Of a stretch of 64,000 nucleotides of DNA, positions 9,214-18,688 are shown one piece after another. Within the stretch, counting starts at the first letter, position 1, and the number at the start of each line of letters is the position of its first letter. Source of the DNA: a virus (lineage: Duplodnaviria > Caudoviricetes); IMG/VR virus record IMGVR_UViG_3300044816_000060, positions 2,080-66,079 of that record, one strand, 5' to 3'. The notes beneath the pieces were generated by a model, which saw only the letters and a program-made list of their open reading frames with translations, ran no database searches and was not told the DNA's origin. A program made the translations under genes and the position numbers.

Positions 9214-9569
9214 CAGCCAGAGCGACCCCACCGGGCGTTAGCCGCGGCGCGGGCATCAGAGCTGATCCGTTCGGCGGCCCGACCGTCCTCATCAGGCAAC
9301 TTGAGCTGCTTCATGTGCGCCGCGAACAACGCCCGGTGCTGCCGCAACTCCGCGAGCATCGGGGCCGCCACAACCTGCCCCTGTGAACCCCTGCCGGTGA
9401 GCTCGTCTCCGCGCTGGAAGTTCTCCATACGGTCGATCAGGTCGATCTCGCGGCAAGCCTCGTGCAGGATGAACAGCTCGTCCTTGCGCAGGTCGTACTT
9501 ACTGGTGAGGCCGTCCCACAGCTCAGCCGCGCGCTCACCGAGACCCTCCGGCTGGGGATAACTGTTCAT
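9213..9569 (-). CDS. terminase small subunit
   Basis: GSQGQVVAAP.LAELRQHR...AAANARW; abuts TerL. Confidence 0.85.
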   Translation of the reverse strand: MNSYPQPEGLGERAAELWDGLTSKYDLRKDELFILHEACREIDLIDRMENFQRGDELTGRGSQGQVVAAPMLAELRQHRALFAAHMKQLKLPDEDGRAAERISSDARAAANARWGRSG

Positions 9570-9757
9570 CGGACGGCCCTCGGTTCACTCTGGGTAGTTG
9601 CGGGCTGGGGGCGAAACGCGGCCGACCGGCACGCATGAGGTCTATTGCTATGACGCTTCGGTATGGGCTGTTCGGGTGACGGGGTCACCCCCACCCCTCG
9701 GTCACGTTCGGTGACAACGATGCGATGTCAAGGGTCAATCGCCGGTCGGTTTGCGTC
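9570..9757. other. probable packaging (cos) / genome-end region
   Basis: Non-coding gap between HNH and TerS with GGGGTCACCCCCACCCC and a GTCAC-N5-GTGAC palindrome; position typical of HNH-TerS cos phages (inference). Confidence 0.45.
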
Positions 9758-10072
9758 TTAGTCGATCAATCCGGGATGTTTCTCGACTGGTCGTAGCCTT
9801 CGTTGAGCTCGCAGCTTCGACGCGGATGCTCGAGCTGTAGCCGATTCGCCCTTGGTCTTGTCTCGATGGCATGTCTTGCACGCCGACATCAGGTTGGCTT
9901 CGTCGTGGTCGTCACCACGTCTGATGTGATCGACCTCGGTTGCGTGTGTTGTGCATCGAGGTCCGTTGATCTGGCATGTGTGCTTGTCGCGCCTCAGTAC
10001 GCGCGCACGGCGTGTCTGCCAGTCGGGTGGTAGTCGGTGTGCCCGTGGGTTGCGGCTGTCAGACCAGGCCAT
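9758..10072 (-). CDS. HNH endonuclease (terminase-associated)
   Basis: RRDKHTCQ...ATEVDHI...NL.SAC.TCH; HPG C-terminus. Confidence 0.9.
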   Translation of the reverse strand: MAWSDSRNPRAHRLPPDWQTRRARVLRRDKHTCQINGPRCTTHATEVDHIRRGDDHDEANLMSACKTCHRDKTKGESATARASASKLRAQRRLRPVEKHPGLID

Positions 10073-10074
10073 GC

Positions 10075-10353
10075 TCAGCCCTTGGTGGCGTGGGCTCTGG
10101 CCTTGAGTGATTCCCACTCGGCGACGGCCTTGCACGCTTCGCCTCTGCTGCCCATGTTGACCTGCTGTAGGCCGGGCCAGTTGACGTCGCCTGTGGCGCA
10201 CATCTTCTTGGCTGCGTTGATGGCGGTGGCGATGGCGTGGCTGTGCGTCATGCCCTTGGCTACGAGATGTCGCGCGATCCTGGCTATGTACGAAGGCAAG
10301 CCGCCAGCGTCCTGGACCCAGTTCGATCCGGGGCTGACGTCAAGGTCGCTCAC
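10075..10353 (-). CDS. conserved actinophage hypothetical protein
   Basis: NWV..AGGLP.YI..IA..L...AIATA motif. Confidence 0.7.
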   Translation of the reverse strand: MSDLDVSPGSNWVQDAGGLPSYIARIARHLVAKGMTHSHAIATAINAAKKMCATGDVNWPGLQQVNMGSRGEACKAVAEWESLKARAHATKG

Positions 10354-10429
10354 CGACTGTCGCCTCCCGAGTCAGCAGGAACCCGAGTCGGCGCCGGTGA
10401 CGGCCCACGAGCCGCACGGCTCACCGTTG

Positions 10430-10633
10430 CTACGGTGTCCTGAGCATTTCCGGCCAGGGTTGCGGTCGCGGCGGGGTCCACCGCCGGTCACCGGGCGCTA
10501 CCCGCCCAAAGACGGACAGGCACACCTCGACGTCGGTGTACAGCTCGGCCGGGTCGCAGCCGGCGGCGACGGCTTCGCGGATGCGGATGAGGCGTTCGGC
10601 GGGTGGGATGTTCGATTCGGGGAGTTGGGTCAC
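10430..10633 (-). CDS. hypothetical protein
   Basis: Co-directional ORF. Confidence 0.5.
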   Translation of the reverse strand: MTQLPESNIPPAERLIRIREAVAAGCDPAELYTDVEVCLSVFGRVAPGDRRWTPPRPQPWPEMLRTP

Positions 10634-10720
10634 GGCGACGACCTCCGACGGATGGTCGAGGGCATAGATCGGTCAGTGGTGCGCGTGGAAGAATGTTCCT
10701 GCGGGCACTCAGGCCCGCTG

Positions 10721-10888
10721 TCAGCGCTTGAATCCGAACCGGTCGTGGCCCGCCAGGTGGTGGTGGGCGTCTCGGAGGCAGTCGCTGTGTCGTCCGCGCC
10801 ATTCCGACTGGGCGCAGGACGGGATCCGGCAGAGCCATCGCCAGGTCGAGCCGTCTTTGTACACCGACACCGGCGGTAGAGGCTGCAC
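10721..10888 (-). CDS. small Cys/His hypothetical protein
   Basis: GGAGG RBS before GTG; WRWLC...C...H...H. Confidence 0.5.
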   Translation of the reverse strand: MQPLPPVSVYKDGSTWRWLCRIPSCAQSEWRGRHSDCLRDAHHHLAGHDRFGFKR

Positions 10889-11050
10889 GCCTGCCTCCCG
10901 AGGTTGTGCGGATGCCGGTCGCCCCCAGGTGCCGGCCTGACTATGACCGGGGGCGGGTGGCTTTCCCGGACTTCCCGGGTATCTCACCGGGTTCCCGCTG
11001 TGTGGCCGACAACAGCGCCGGGACAGGCGAGCCGCGTCGCCTGGGAGATA

Positions 11051-11094
11051 GTCGCGGGGATGGGATTCGAACCCCCGCGACATGAGCGCGGGGG
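11051..11094 (-). pseudogene. tRNA-like remnant (CAT loop, T-loop, 3' acceptor strand)
   Basis: Minus strand ccgcg-CTCATGT-cgcgg-ggGTTCGAATCCCATCCCCGCGAC; no D-arm or 5' acceptor strand. Confidence 0.45.
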
Positions 11095-11148
11095 TAACGG
11101 GACACAGCGGTACCTGCGGGTGATGGTGGACTGTCCATGGTCATGATG

Positions 11149-11535
11149 TCAAGCGGAGCGGCGTTCGGCGCGTCGTTTCCGGTGCTCGGCGTGGACCCGG
11201 AGGACGTCGCGGATACACACAGTGATCTGTCCGTTGTCGTCTCGTCGGGTGTGTAGCATCGGCGGGCGGGCGCCACGGTTGACGGTCCACTTGTAGACGG
11301 CGTCCTTGGTGAGTCCGACCAGCTCGCCGGCGCGAGCGAGGGTTACGAAGTCGTCCAGGTCGATCCGCGCGAGGAGTGGTTTCACCCATTCTTGGCCCAG
11401 GCGGATCATCTGCGTGTCGATCGCTGTGCAGCGTTCCCGGTCGAGTTCGGCTAGCGCGGCCCTGTAGGACTGGGCGACTCGGCGGGCGCGTTCGACCGCC
11501 GAGTCCCCGCGCCACGGCCACGGATCCTTGGCCAC
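11149..11535 (-). CDS. helix-turn-helix DNA-binding protein
   Basis: WPWRGDS.VERARRVA; C-terminal HTH VTLARAGELVGLTKDAVYKW. Confidence 0.7.
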   Translation of the reverse strand: MAKDPWPWRGDSAVERARRVAQSYRAALAELDRERCTAIDTQMIRLGQEWVKPLLARIDLDDFVTLARAGELVGLTKDAVYKWTVNRGARPPMLHTRRDDNGQITVCIRDVLRVHAEHRKRRAERRSA

Positions 11536-11537
11536 GG

Positions 11538-12539
11538 TCAGGCCGCGCGCGTGTCACGCTGGGCGTCGCCGGCTGGTGGCCAGGGGTTGGGCATGCGTAC
11601 CGGGTGTGTGCCGGGTGGGGGTTGGTGTACGCGGCCTCGGACAGTCCCCTGCGCGTCCGTGTGGAGGAGTGTGGCGGGGCGGGGCGGGGCGTCGTCCTGG
11701 TAGTCGTCGGCCACGACGAGGCAGAGGCGTTTGTAGTCCTCCTCGGGCCACTGCGCTCGGCAGATCTCGCACTGGACGTGGTCGTCGCCGTCGTGACGGA
11801 CCAGGGTCAGCTGGTCGCAGCGTGGGCACGGGGCGGGGAGGTCGTGGACCAGTTTCGACCGGCCGGCGACGGCGCGGACGAGGGAGTGCAGGCCGAGGAG
11901 TTCGAGTGCTCCGGCGACTCCGTCACGTTGCAGCCAGTCGCCCGAGCGCCAGCAGCGGTGGTCCTGGTCCGGCAGGGCCAGCAGCACCGACACTGCCTTG
12001 CCGAGCAGGGCCAGGGCGCGTTGCAGCTGTGGGCCGGGTCGGGAGTCGCGGGCGTTCTGGGTGTCCCAGTTGATGCCCAGCCGTTCCGCGACCGGCTCGG
12101 CCCATGACACTGCCTCGTGGACGATGCCCATTTGTAGGTCAATGATTGAGACCCGGAGCGGGACCGGCAAGTCGCGGGTGGCAGACACCGTGTCGGACAC
12201 CATCTGGTCCCCGGAGACACCGAGGAGGGTTTCCAGTTCCACGTAGTCACCGAGCAGGCCGGTCAGGGCGTCTTCGACGTGTGCGGTGCACGATAGGCAC
12301 AGTCCGCGTTCCTGGCTGATCCTCGCCCCTACGTCGACCTTGCCCTTCAGGTGGAGGTGGCCGCAGCCTCCTTCGATCGTGCACGGATAGCCGGGGCCGT
12401 GGCCGTGGCATTCGCATTCGTCGCAGACCTGCGGGGGGTCGATCTTTTCGCTGGCGGGGCAGCGTTTGATCCGTGCGCAGCGGTAGGTTTTCAGTGCGTC
12501 GGGGAGTGGCGCGTTGTCGGGTCGTGGTGTGGCGGTCAT
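11538..12539 (-). CDS. Zn-finger protein, possible late regulator
   Basis: Multiple CxxC motifs including PAPCPRC...CEIC; end of early operon. Confidence 0.65.
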   Translation of the reverse strand: MTATPRPDNAPLPDALKTYRCARIKRCPASEKIDPPQVCDECECHGHGPGYPCTIEGGCGHLHLKGKVDVGARISQERGLCLSCTAHVEDALTGLLGDYVELETLLGVSGDQMVSDTVSATRDLPVPLRVSIIDLQMGIVHEAVSWAEPVAERLGINWDTQNARDSRPGPQLQRALALLGKAVSVLLALPDQDHRCWRSGDWLQRDGVAGALELLGLHSLVRAVAGRSKLVHDLPAPCPRCDQLTLVRHDGDDHVQCEICRAQWPEEDYKRLCLVVADDYQDDAPPRPATLLHTDAQGTVRGRVHQPPPGTHPVRMPNPWPPAGDAQRDTRAA

Positions 12540-12659
12540 GGTGATCGGCTCCCGGGGTTGCTAGGGTGCGGGCCGATCACCTGGTCTATGTGGTGGTTGG
12601 TGCGCGAGTGTGGCCGCTCCGGATGTCCCCGACAGGTTGCTGGGGCGGCCCACCCTCGG

Positions 12660-12896
12660 TCAGGGCGGCGCTCGTCGTGCCCGCGCCCACTCGTCCAGTT
12701 CGACCATCCACCCGACCTCCGGCGGCCTCTCCGGCAAGTCCGGGTCGGGTCTCTCCCGCGCTGGCACCCAGGTCCGGATGACCGGGACGGGCGGCACCGG
12801 GGGTGGTGGCGGTGGAGCTGGTTCGGGTTCGATGTAGACCGTGGCCGGGTTGGCTTGGATGCCACGCAGCCGGGCCATGAACGCCTCCGGGATCAC
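12660..12896 (-). CDS. proline-rich hypothetical protein
   Basis: GTG overlaps upstream stop. Confidence 0.45.
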   Translation of the reverse strand: MIPEAFMARLRGIQANPATVYIEPEPAPPPPPPVPPVPVIRTWVPARERPDPDLPERPPEVGWMVELDEWARARRAPP

Positions 12897-13951
12897 GACG
12901 ATGCCTCCGGGTCCGGGGCCGCCACCGGCCCGGCCCGTAGCAGGCGTACGGCGTTGAGCAGCACTTCCACGTCCCGATCCCACAGAGGGGCCGGGACGGG
13001 GTCGGCGTGTGTGGCGAGGTGGCGGTCCACCCGGGCGGTGGCTTCGTTGAGTGCGGCGTAGTCGATCCGGGCGTCGTAGGGAGCCGGGACAGAAGCAGTG
13101 GGTCGCCATCCGGCGGCGACCACTAAGTCGTCGGCGGGGTCGGGGCCGCTGGCGTACATGGCCTGTTCGCAGCACCAGGCACAGTCGTCGGGCTGCTCCC
13201 CGCAGAACGTGCACGCCGGTTCGCCACCCTCCTCGGCGGGACGGTCCGGGACCAGCACTGGGTCGTCGTCGTACCACCCGGACTCGGCATCCTCCAGGCA
13301 TCCAGCGGTCCCGCAGCATCCAGCGGTCCCGCACTTCGCGCACACGCGTGGCGGCTCCGGCTGGTCCGACACCGGGACGGGGGCAGCGCCGCGCTTCCTG
13401 AGCATCTCCAGGTACACCTGGGTCCCGTAGCTGATCATCTGTCGCTTCATGCGCTCGTCGTCGTGGAAGAACACCTCGGCGCAGTCCTTGACCACGTGGT
13501 CGACGTCCGCTGGTCCCCCGGCCCGTAGACGCTCCGAGGCGGCGCTGGCTTCGTCTCGCTCGGCGACCAGGCGCATCACAGCAGCCCGCCCGACGTAGGA
13601 CGTCACATGCCAATCGCGTGTCGACTCGCTGGCGTCGTCCCACCAGCTCTTGCCCAGCTCCCACTTCCCCTGCCACTTGGCCAACTGCTTGTCGAGGTCG
13701 GCGCGCTTGGCCATCTCTTCGGCCTGGATCTCGTGCATGCGACCGCGTAGCCGCTCCACCTCCGCGCGTAGGTGCTCCACCTCCGCGTGCAGTCGGTCGT
13801 TGTCTTCGGCGGTGGCGTCCAGCATCGCCTGGAGCGCGGACGCCAGCTCAGCGGCCCGTCGGACCTCTGCCCAGGCTCGGACGTACGGCGTGTGGGGGAA
13901 GGGCCGCTGGTCGGCTGGGCCGTTGTCGGCGGTGGGGGTGTCGGTGCTCAT
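12893..13951 (-). CDS. hypothetical coiled-coil/Cys protein
   Basis: ATG after GGAGG; contains an 18-bp tandem duplication at 13298-13333. Confidence 0.6.
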   Translation of the reverse strand: MSTDTPTADNGPADQRPFPHTPYVRAWAEVRRAAELASALQAMLDATAEDNDRLHAEVEHLRAEVERLRGRMHEIQAEEMAKRADLDKQLAKWQGKWELGKSWWDDASESTRDWHVTSYVGRAAVMRLVAERDEASAASERLRAGGPADVDHVVKDCAEVFFHDDERMKRQMISYGTQVYLEMLRKRGAAPVPVSDQPEPPRVCAKCGTAGCCGTAGCLEDAESGWYDDDPVLVPDRPAEEGGEPACTFCGEQPDDCAWCCEQAMYASGPDPADDLVVAAGWRPTASVPAPYDARIDYAALNEATARVDRHLATHADPVPAPLWDRDVEVLLNAVRLLRAGPVAAPDPEASS

Positions 13952-14259
13952 CGCGGAACCTCCCTGCGTGGCGGGACGGGCAGCGGAAGGTCGGGCCAGG
14001 CCAGGCAGCAGACCTTGCACTCGTAGTGGTTGGCGCCGATCCGGCGACGGCGCTGGGTCGGCCGCCCGCACTCGGGGCAGGCTCTCGTCTCGGGCTCAGG
14101 CATCGCTGCTCCCCTTGATCGTCGGATGCACGACGGAGCCGCCCGACCTGCCGATAGGGAATGACCCGTTCGGCCAGAACAGGAACGACAGGGCGATCAC
14201 CGCCAGCGCCACCAGAACGATCAGCAGCAACCAACGGCGCCACGCGGAAGGGCTGCGGC

Positions 14260-14613
14260 TCACGGCTTCTCCCCCAGAGCACGGACAGCGGAAGCCAGAG
14301 CGTCAAGTCGGCGGCTCGTCTTGGTCCCCGCCTCTCGATACAGCGCGTCGTCGTACCGCTCCACCAACGCCCGTGCCGCTTCGACCACCGGTGCTACCCG
14401 GTCCCGGTCAGCCCGGAGGGTGGCGAGCTCGACGCGGAGCATCTCCGTGCACATCTGCTCGCAGTGCGGACACTGGTGGACGTCGGCGGTCCAGGCCACG
14501 AGGCAGGGCCCGCAGTGCTTCAAGCTCGGCCGGCGCTCGTCGCCGTAGACCGGATCTCCGGGCTGCCAGTCGGTTGCTGGCCCCACCGGCCCAGGGACGT
14601 CGGGGGCGGTCAC
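14260..14613 (-). CDS. hypothetical protein (CxxC)
   Basis: Coupled start/stop with neighbours. Confidence 0.55.
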   Translation of the reverse strand: MTAPDVPGPVGPATDWQPGDPVYGDERRPSLKHCGPCLVAWTADVHQCPHCEQMCTEMLRVELATLRADRDRVAPVVEAARALVERYDDALYREAGTKTSRRLDALASAVRALGEKP

Positions 14614-15008
14614 GACGCCACCTGCTGACGCATCATCGCCACAGCCAGCGCGGACACACCCTCGGGGACCGGGTCGGCCCCGTCGTGCCAGCGCAGCCGG
14701 AGCCCCGCGATCAGCCGCCCGAAGGCAACCGCCCGGAAACCTTCGTGCCAGTGCTCCCGCAGCTCCTCGTGCAGGCTCCCGATGATGTACCCGTGACACA
14801 CCACGTTGAGCCACTCGGCGGCGGCGTCGCAGTGGCGACACCACCGGTTCGTCACCCACCCGGAGTCCTCCAGGCGGCCCTTGACCTGGCAATAGCGTTC
14901 GCCGATCTGGATTGTTCGCCCGCACTCCTCGCAGCGGTGCGGGACGCGGGCGGTGGGGGTGGCGTGGTTGACGACCTGCCACGGCTCGGCCATGTCAACG
15001 CTGCACAT
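14610..15008 (-). CDS. Zn-binding hypothetical protein
   Basis: TAR.PHRCEECGR.I..GERY...C.HC motif. Confidence 0.7.
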   Translation of the reverse strand: MCSVDMAEPWQVVNHATPTARVPHRCEECGRTIQIGERYCQVKGRLEDSGWVTNRWCRHCDAAAEWLNVVCHGYIIGSLHEELREHWHEGFRAVAFGRLIAGLRLRWHDGADPVPEGVSALAVAMMRQQVAS

Positions 15009-15074
15009 CGCGGGCCCCTTCCTGGACCTCGGCGGCCAGAGCGGCGGCCTTCTCAGCTCGGAGTGCGGGGGCGG

Positions 15075-15401
15075 TCATGCGAGCTTCACCCCGAGACGCT
15101 CCTTCGATCCGTCGTCCCAGGTGAACTCGCCGTCCGCGCCGACGGGCCGGTGCATCTGGCAGCGCACGCAGTAGGTGGACCCGTAGAAGTGCGGGTCTCG
15201 GGCGTAGGTCTCGGCGATCGCCTGGCCCATGCGGGTGCTCGTCCCGCAGCTGGCGTGCACGTAGTTGCTGCGGTACGGGCGAACGAACCCCTTGGCGCGC
15301 TCCTCGTCGGAGAGCACCAGGTATACCTCGGCCTGCGGGATCGGCTGCTCGTCAGCGCCACGGGTCAGGCGCGGGTCGCTCGGGTCGTCAGTGATCGGCA
15401 T
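15075..15401 (-). CDS. conserved phage hypothetical protein
   Basis: YLVLSDEERAKGFVRPYR..Y.H..CG...AETYARDP.FYG.TYC..C. Confidence 0.75.
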   Translation of the reverse strand: MPITDDPSDPRLTRGADEQPIPQAEVYLVLSDEERAKGFVRPYRSNYVHASCGTSTRMGQAIAETYARDPHFYGSTYCVRCQMHRPVGADGEFTWDDGSKERLGVKLA

Positions 15402-16290
15402 CGGGCTGCTCCTCGGTAGCGGCGATTGAACGCTCGTAGTAGGCGTTGCTGGCCTCGTCGTGGCGCTTGTTCGCCGCCGCGGCCCGGCCGTCGTCCCAGT
15501 CCCGGCGGCGCCACTCACCCGACGTCGCCCGAGGGTTGGGCAGTGCACGGATCGCGGCGATCGCCTCGGCGAGGACCAGACCCGGACCGGCGGTCATGGT
15601 CGGCCCCCAGGTCGGATCAGGCCGAGGACCAGCAAGCCCAGCAGTGGCAGAGCGGGGACGGCGAGCCACAGGTGGTCAGTGGTCATCGTCGTCCCGCCTG
15701 TGCTCGGCCAGGAACTCCGCGACCCGACGCTTCTCGTCGTCGCGCTCGCGGCGCTGCTCGTCCCGGACCCGCAAGTTCTGGGCGACCAGCGCGCCGGCTA
15801 TCGGCACGGCGAGCGCCAGCACAAGCGCCACGTCCCGCGCGGTCATTGCGGCCTGCCCCACAGGAAGCGGCCCGAATGTTTCGGCGACGGCGGCAGGTCG
15901 TGCAACATCAGGTTGGCGATGGTGCATTCGATGGTGTGGTCTGTGTTGCGCCCGACCACACCGCCGCACAGCTGGCACGACGCCGCGTCTCTGCGGGCGA
16001 GGACACGGCCGACGAGCATGCCGACAGGGACGGAGAGGACCGCCCACACCAACAGGACTGTGATCAACATTGTGGGCTCCCAGAGGTCGACGGGTTGACG
16101 AGGTCAAGGGGTCCGAGGTGGATCGGGCCACGGCACCAACCGACGCAGAACGACACATCGGGCTCGCCGCACGCCCAGCAGTGGACCTGGCGTGGCTGTT
16201 GCGACGGCCTGAGAGCCTCGCTGAGCGCCTGGGCGGGGGTGGCTGGTGTGCGGAGGCGGACACCGGGTCTGCGGCGGAGCAGGCGGGCAA

Positions 16291-16689
16291 TCACGACGCC
16301 ACCTCCAAAGGCCGTATGACAAGCCACATCCGGCCCGGCTCGCCCTTCACCGACTCGTGGATCACCGGGAACACCCGCTCCACATGCGCGTCGGTGTCGT
16401 CCGGGGCCGCTTTCGCGTCAGTGATCACGCCATCGACACACGGCTTGTAGGTGGCCACCAAGTTGTCGGAGTCCCGTCCTCGCACGGTCGCCGGCCGGTA
16501 GTGCAGCTCGATCCGTACCCGCTCGTGCTGGCCGATGTTCGCCGACCGCGCCAGGAAGTACGCGGCCTCCCGGACCTCCCGGACCTTCCTGGCTTTCGCC
16601 GCCCAGTACACGCCTCGGTCGTTGAGACTCAAAGGGGGCCGAGTCCACGGGAGATCCAGCCGGTAGGTCGGGGCGTCTACGGCGGTCAT
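16291..16689 (-). CDS. RusA-like Holliday junction resolvase
   Basis: PPLSLN...RD.DNL..T.KP.VDG...DD motif. Confidence 0.75.
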   Translation of the reverse strand: MTAVDAPTYRLDLPWTRPPLSLNDRGVYWAAKARKVREVREAAYFLARSANIGQHERVRIELHYRPATVRGRDSDNLVATYKPCVDGVITDAKAAPDDTDAHVERVFPVIHESVKGEPGRMWLVIRPLEVAS

Positions 16690-17018
16690 GACAGCTCTCC
16701 GAGCTGCTCAGCCATCCGGATGTGGCTCGTGATGTCCGGCGGCAGGACGGGGCGCGGGCTTCCGTCCGCTTCGCCACCGCCGCGCCACTCGACAACGCTG
16801 CCGTCGCCCAGATCGTAGAACGCTTCAACCGCCGCGAGGGCGGGAGCCAGCGTCCACATTCCGGCAGCCGCCGAGTTGCCCCAAACATCAATGGCGACGT
16901 CATTGACCTCACGGATGTTGCCGCCCAGGTCCGAGTCGTGGGCGTAGATCGCCGCCACGAGTTCGCGGACCTCTGCCCGGCTCATCAAGCAGTGGTGCTC
17001 CCACTCGTCGAATCTCAC
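16686..17018 (-). CDS. hypothetical protein (helicase loader/inhibitor-like)
   Basis: Coupled downstream of DnaC-like gene; ...LPPDI motif. Confidence 0.55.
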   Translation of the reverse strand: MRFDEWEHHCLMSRAEVRELVAAIYAHDSDLGGNIREVNDVAIDVWGNSAAAGMWTLAPALAAVEAFYDLGDGSVVEWRGGGEADGSPRPVLPPDITSHIRMAEQLGELS

Positions 17019-17665
17019 GCGGCACCCCGATTCACGTTCAGTCGCCGGTCGGCGCCCTTGAGGACCACACGGGTCGCCATCTCGGTCAGCCGGGACGCGA
17101 CCCGCTCACCCAGGACAGCGCCCAGGTTCTTCGGCGGCACGTTCGACGTGATCAGCGTCGGCTTGCCGTGCTCGTAGCGGTAGTTCACCAGCCGATAGTT
17201 GATCTCCTCGTTCCACTCGGTGCCCTTCGCGGCCCCGAGGTCATCCAGGACCAGGACGCCGGTGCGGGCGAACCGCTCGAACTCCTCCTCGGAGTCGACG
17301 CGGGGACGCGGCCGTAGCGCCCCGTACATGTCCGCCGCCGTCGTCACGGTCCAGCCGACGGACGCCCCGCACACCGACAGCGCCCGCATCGCCGCATACG
17401 CCTGGTAGGTCTTCCCGCTGCCAGTGGAACCGATCAGCATCAGCGACGGTCCGGTCAGCACGGTCGGGACGGTGCGGCGGCAAGCCTTCGCCTCGTTCAC
17501 CAGCGCGGTAACCCAGTCCCGGACTTCAGGGACGTCAGCCACGGCGTCCTGGAAGCGGACGGGGATGTCTTTGGCCATCGCTCGCCGGCCGCGTTCCAGG
17601 CACTCCTCCAGCCACCACTTGTCGACGTCATCGACGGTGAGGCGGACGATCGTCGGATCGGTCAC
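17015..17665 (-). CDS. DnaC/IstB-like ATPase (helicase loader)
   Basis: GSTGSGKT; LVLDDLGA; TLITSN; RVASRL.EM. Confidence 0.9.
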   Translation of the reverse strand: MTDPTIVRLTVDDVDKWWLEECLERGRRAMAKDIPVRFQDAVADVPEVRDWVTALVNEAKACRRTVPTVLTGPSLMLIGSTGSGKTYQAYAAMRALSVCGASVGWTVTTAADMYGALRPRPRVDSEEEFERFARTGVLVLDDLGAAKGTEWNEEINYRLVNYRYEHGKPTLITSNVPPKNLGAVLGERVASRLTEMATRVVLKGADRRLNVNRGAA

Positions 17666-18621
17666 CGGGTCGCTCCGTTCGGCTTCGGGGAGATCAACGG
17701 CTCGTCCCAGACGGAGTCGTCGGTCGGGTTCTGGTACGGCTGATAGCCGCCTGGGTTACCGCCGGCCACGAGGCGCAGCGACACGTCGTCCTCGTACGAC
17801 CCGGAGTTGATCCAGGTTGCCGGGTGGGCCACATACGTCAGGTCTCCGCCAGCAACGGACTGCGCGTAGGCCGTGGCTTTGGCGATCATCACGTCCGGAG
17901 AGACGCCGCGACGGATCGCGGCGCGCCAGGCTTTCTCGGCGGCCAGCCGCTTCACTCGCTTCGGGTAGACCGCATAGAACTCAGCGAACCGCCCTTGGTT
18001 CGCGGCCGTCTTTTCAGGGGAAGGGGAAGGGGAAGGGGAAGGGGAAGGGGAATCGCGCACGTGAGAGACACTCTCGAAACCCTTTTCTCCAGAGTCGGCA
18101 AAAAGGGTTTCGGGTGACTCTCGACAGGCTTTCGGTGGCGGCTCAAACCCTTTCGAGTCCAACTCATCAGCGGCCGCGTGTGGGTCGGGGTAGGCGACCG
18201 GCTTCCCGGCCTTGGACACGCCGTCAGGCTTTCGCGCAGGCAGCTTCCGTAGCTCCCGGGCGAGGGCACGCCGCAAGGTCCTGGACTCGGTTCGCATCGC
18301 CTCCTTGATCGCCCCCTTGAGCACGTAGGGCTGATCCGCCACGCCGTCATTACGGATCATGGTTCGCACCAAGATCTCGTCGGTGTCATCGTCGATCAGG
18401 ACGTAACCGCCGGCCGCTAGCGCCTTGAGCGCCTTCTCTGTTTCCGCGATCGTCAGGGACGCGTTGCGGGCCCACTTGGCCATCCGAATCGCACCGACAC
18501 CAGCGAAGTTGATGGTGGGCTCCGTCAGCAGAACCGCGTAGAGCAGCTTCGCGTACGGGCCCTGACCGTCCAGACCCTCTCTCCAGATCCCGAACTGGAA
18601 CCGGGCCTCACTCCTCGCCAT
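17662..18621 (-). CDS. replication initiator protein
   Basis: Upstream of DnaC-like gene; PSPSPS linker; FAEFY..YPKR..HPATWIN C-terminal domain. Confidence 0.8.
   Translation of the reverse strand: MARSEARFQFGIWREGLDGQGPYAKLLYAVLLTEPTINFAGVGAIRMAKWARNASLTIAETEKALKALAAGGYVLIDDDTDEILVRTMIRNDGVADQPYVLKGAIKEAMRTESRTLRRALARELRKLPARKPDGVSKAGKPVAYPDPHAAADELDSKGFEPPPKACRESPETLFADSGEKGFESVSHVRDSPSPSPSPSPSPEKTAANQGRFAEFYAVYPKRVKRLAAEKAWRAAIRRGVSPDVMIAKATAYAQSVAGGDLTYVAHPATWINSGSYEDDVSLRLVAGGNPGGYQPYQNPTDDSVWDEPLISPKPNGATR
18017..18052 (+). repeat. (GGGGAA)6 tandem repeat
   Basis: Six perfect hexamers encoding the SP linker of the initiator. Confidence 0.95.
18071..18157. promoter_or_regulatory. iteron-like repeats, probable replication origin
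   Basis: AAACCCTTT at about 18077 and 18145, inverted copy at about 18102, inside the initiator gene. Confidence 0.55.
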
Positions 18622-18688
18622 GGGTCACTCCGTGCGGCAGCTGGTGACTCTTGCTGCGATTGCAGGTGCGGACGCGGGTGTCGGCCAT
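18608..18688 (-). pseudogene. 26-aa HNH C-terminal remnant
   Basis: MADTRVRTCNRSKSHQL...; CNxSK is an HNH terminal motif; TAATG-coupled. Confidence 0.45.

Noticed and set aside
13298-13333. 18-bp tandem duplication
   Set aside because: Simple in-frame slippage with no further structure.
13650-15419. Long + strand ORFs here and at 315-1694, 4837-6354, 7999-9561, 61469-63040
   Set aside because: Antisense shadows of real minus-strand genes in high-GC DNA; Arg/Pro-rich with no motifs.
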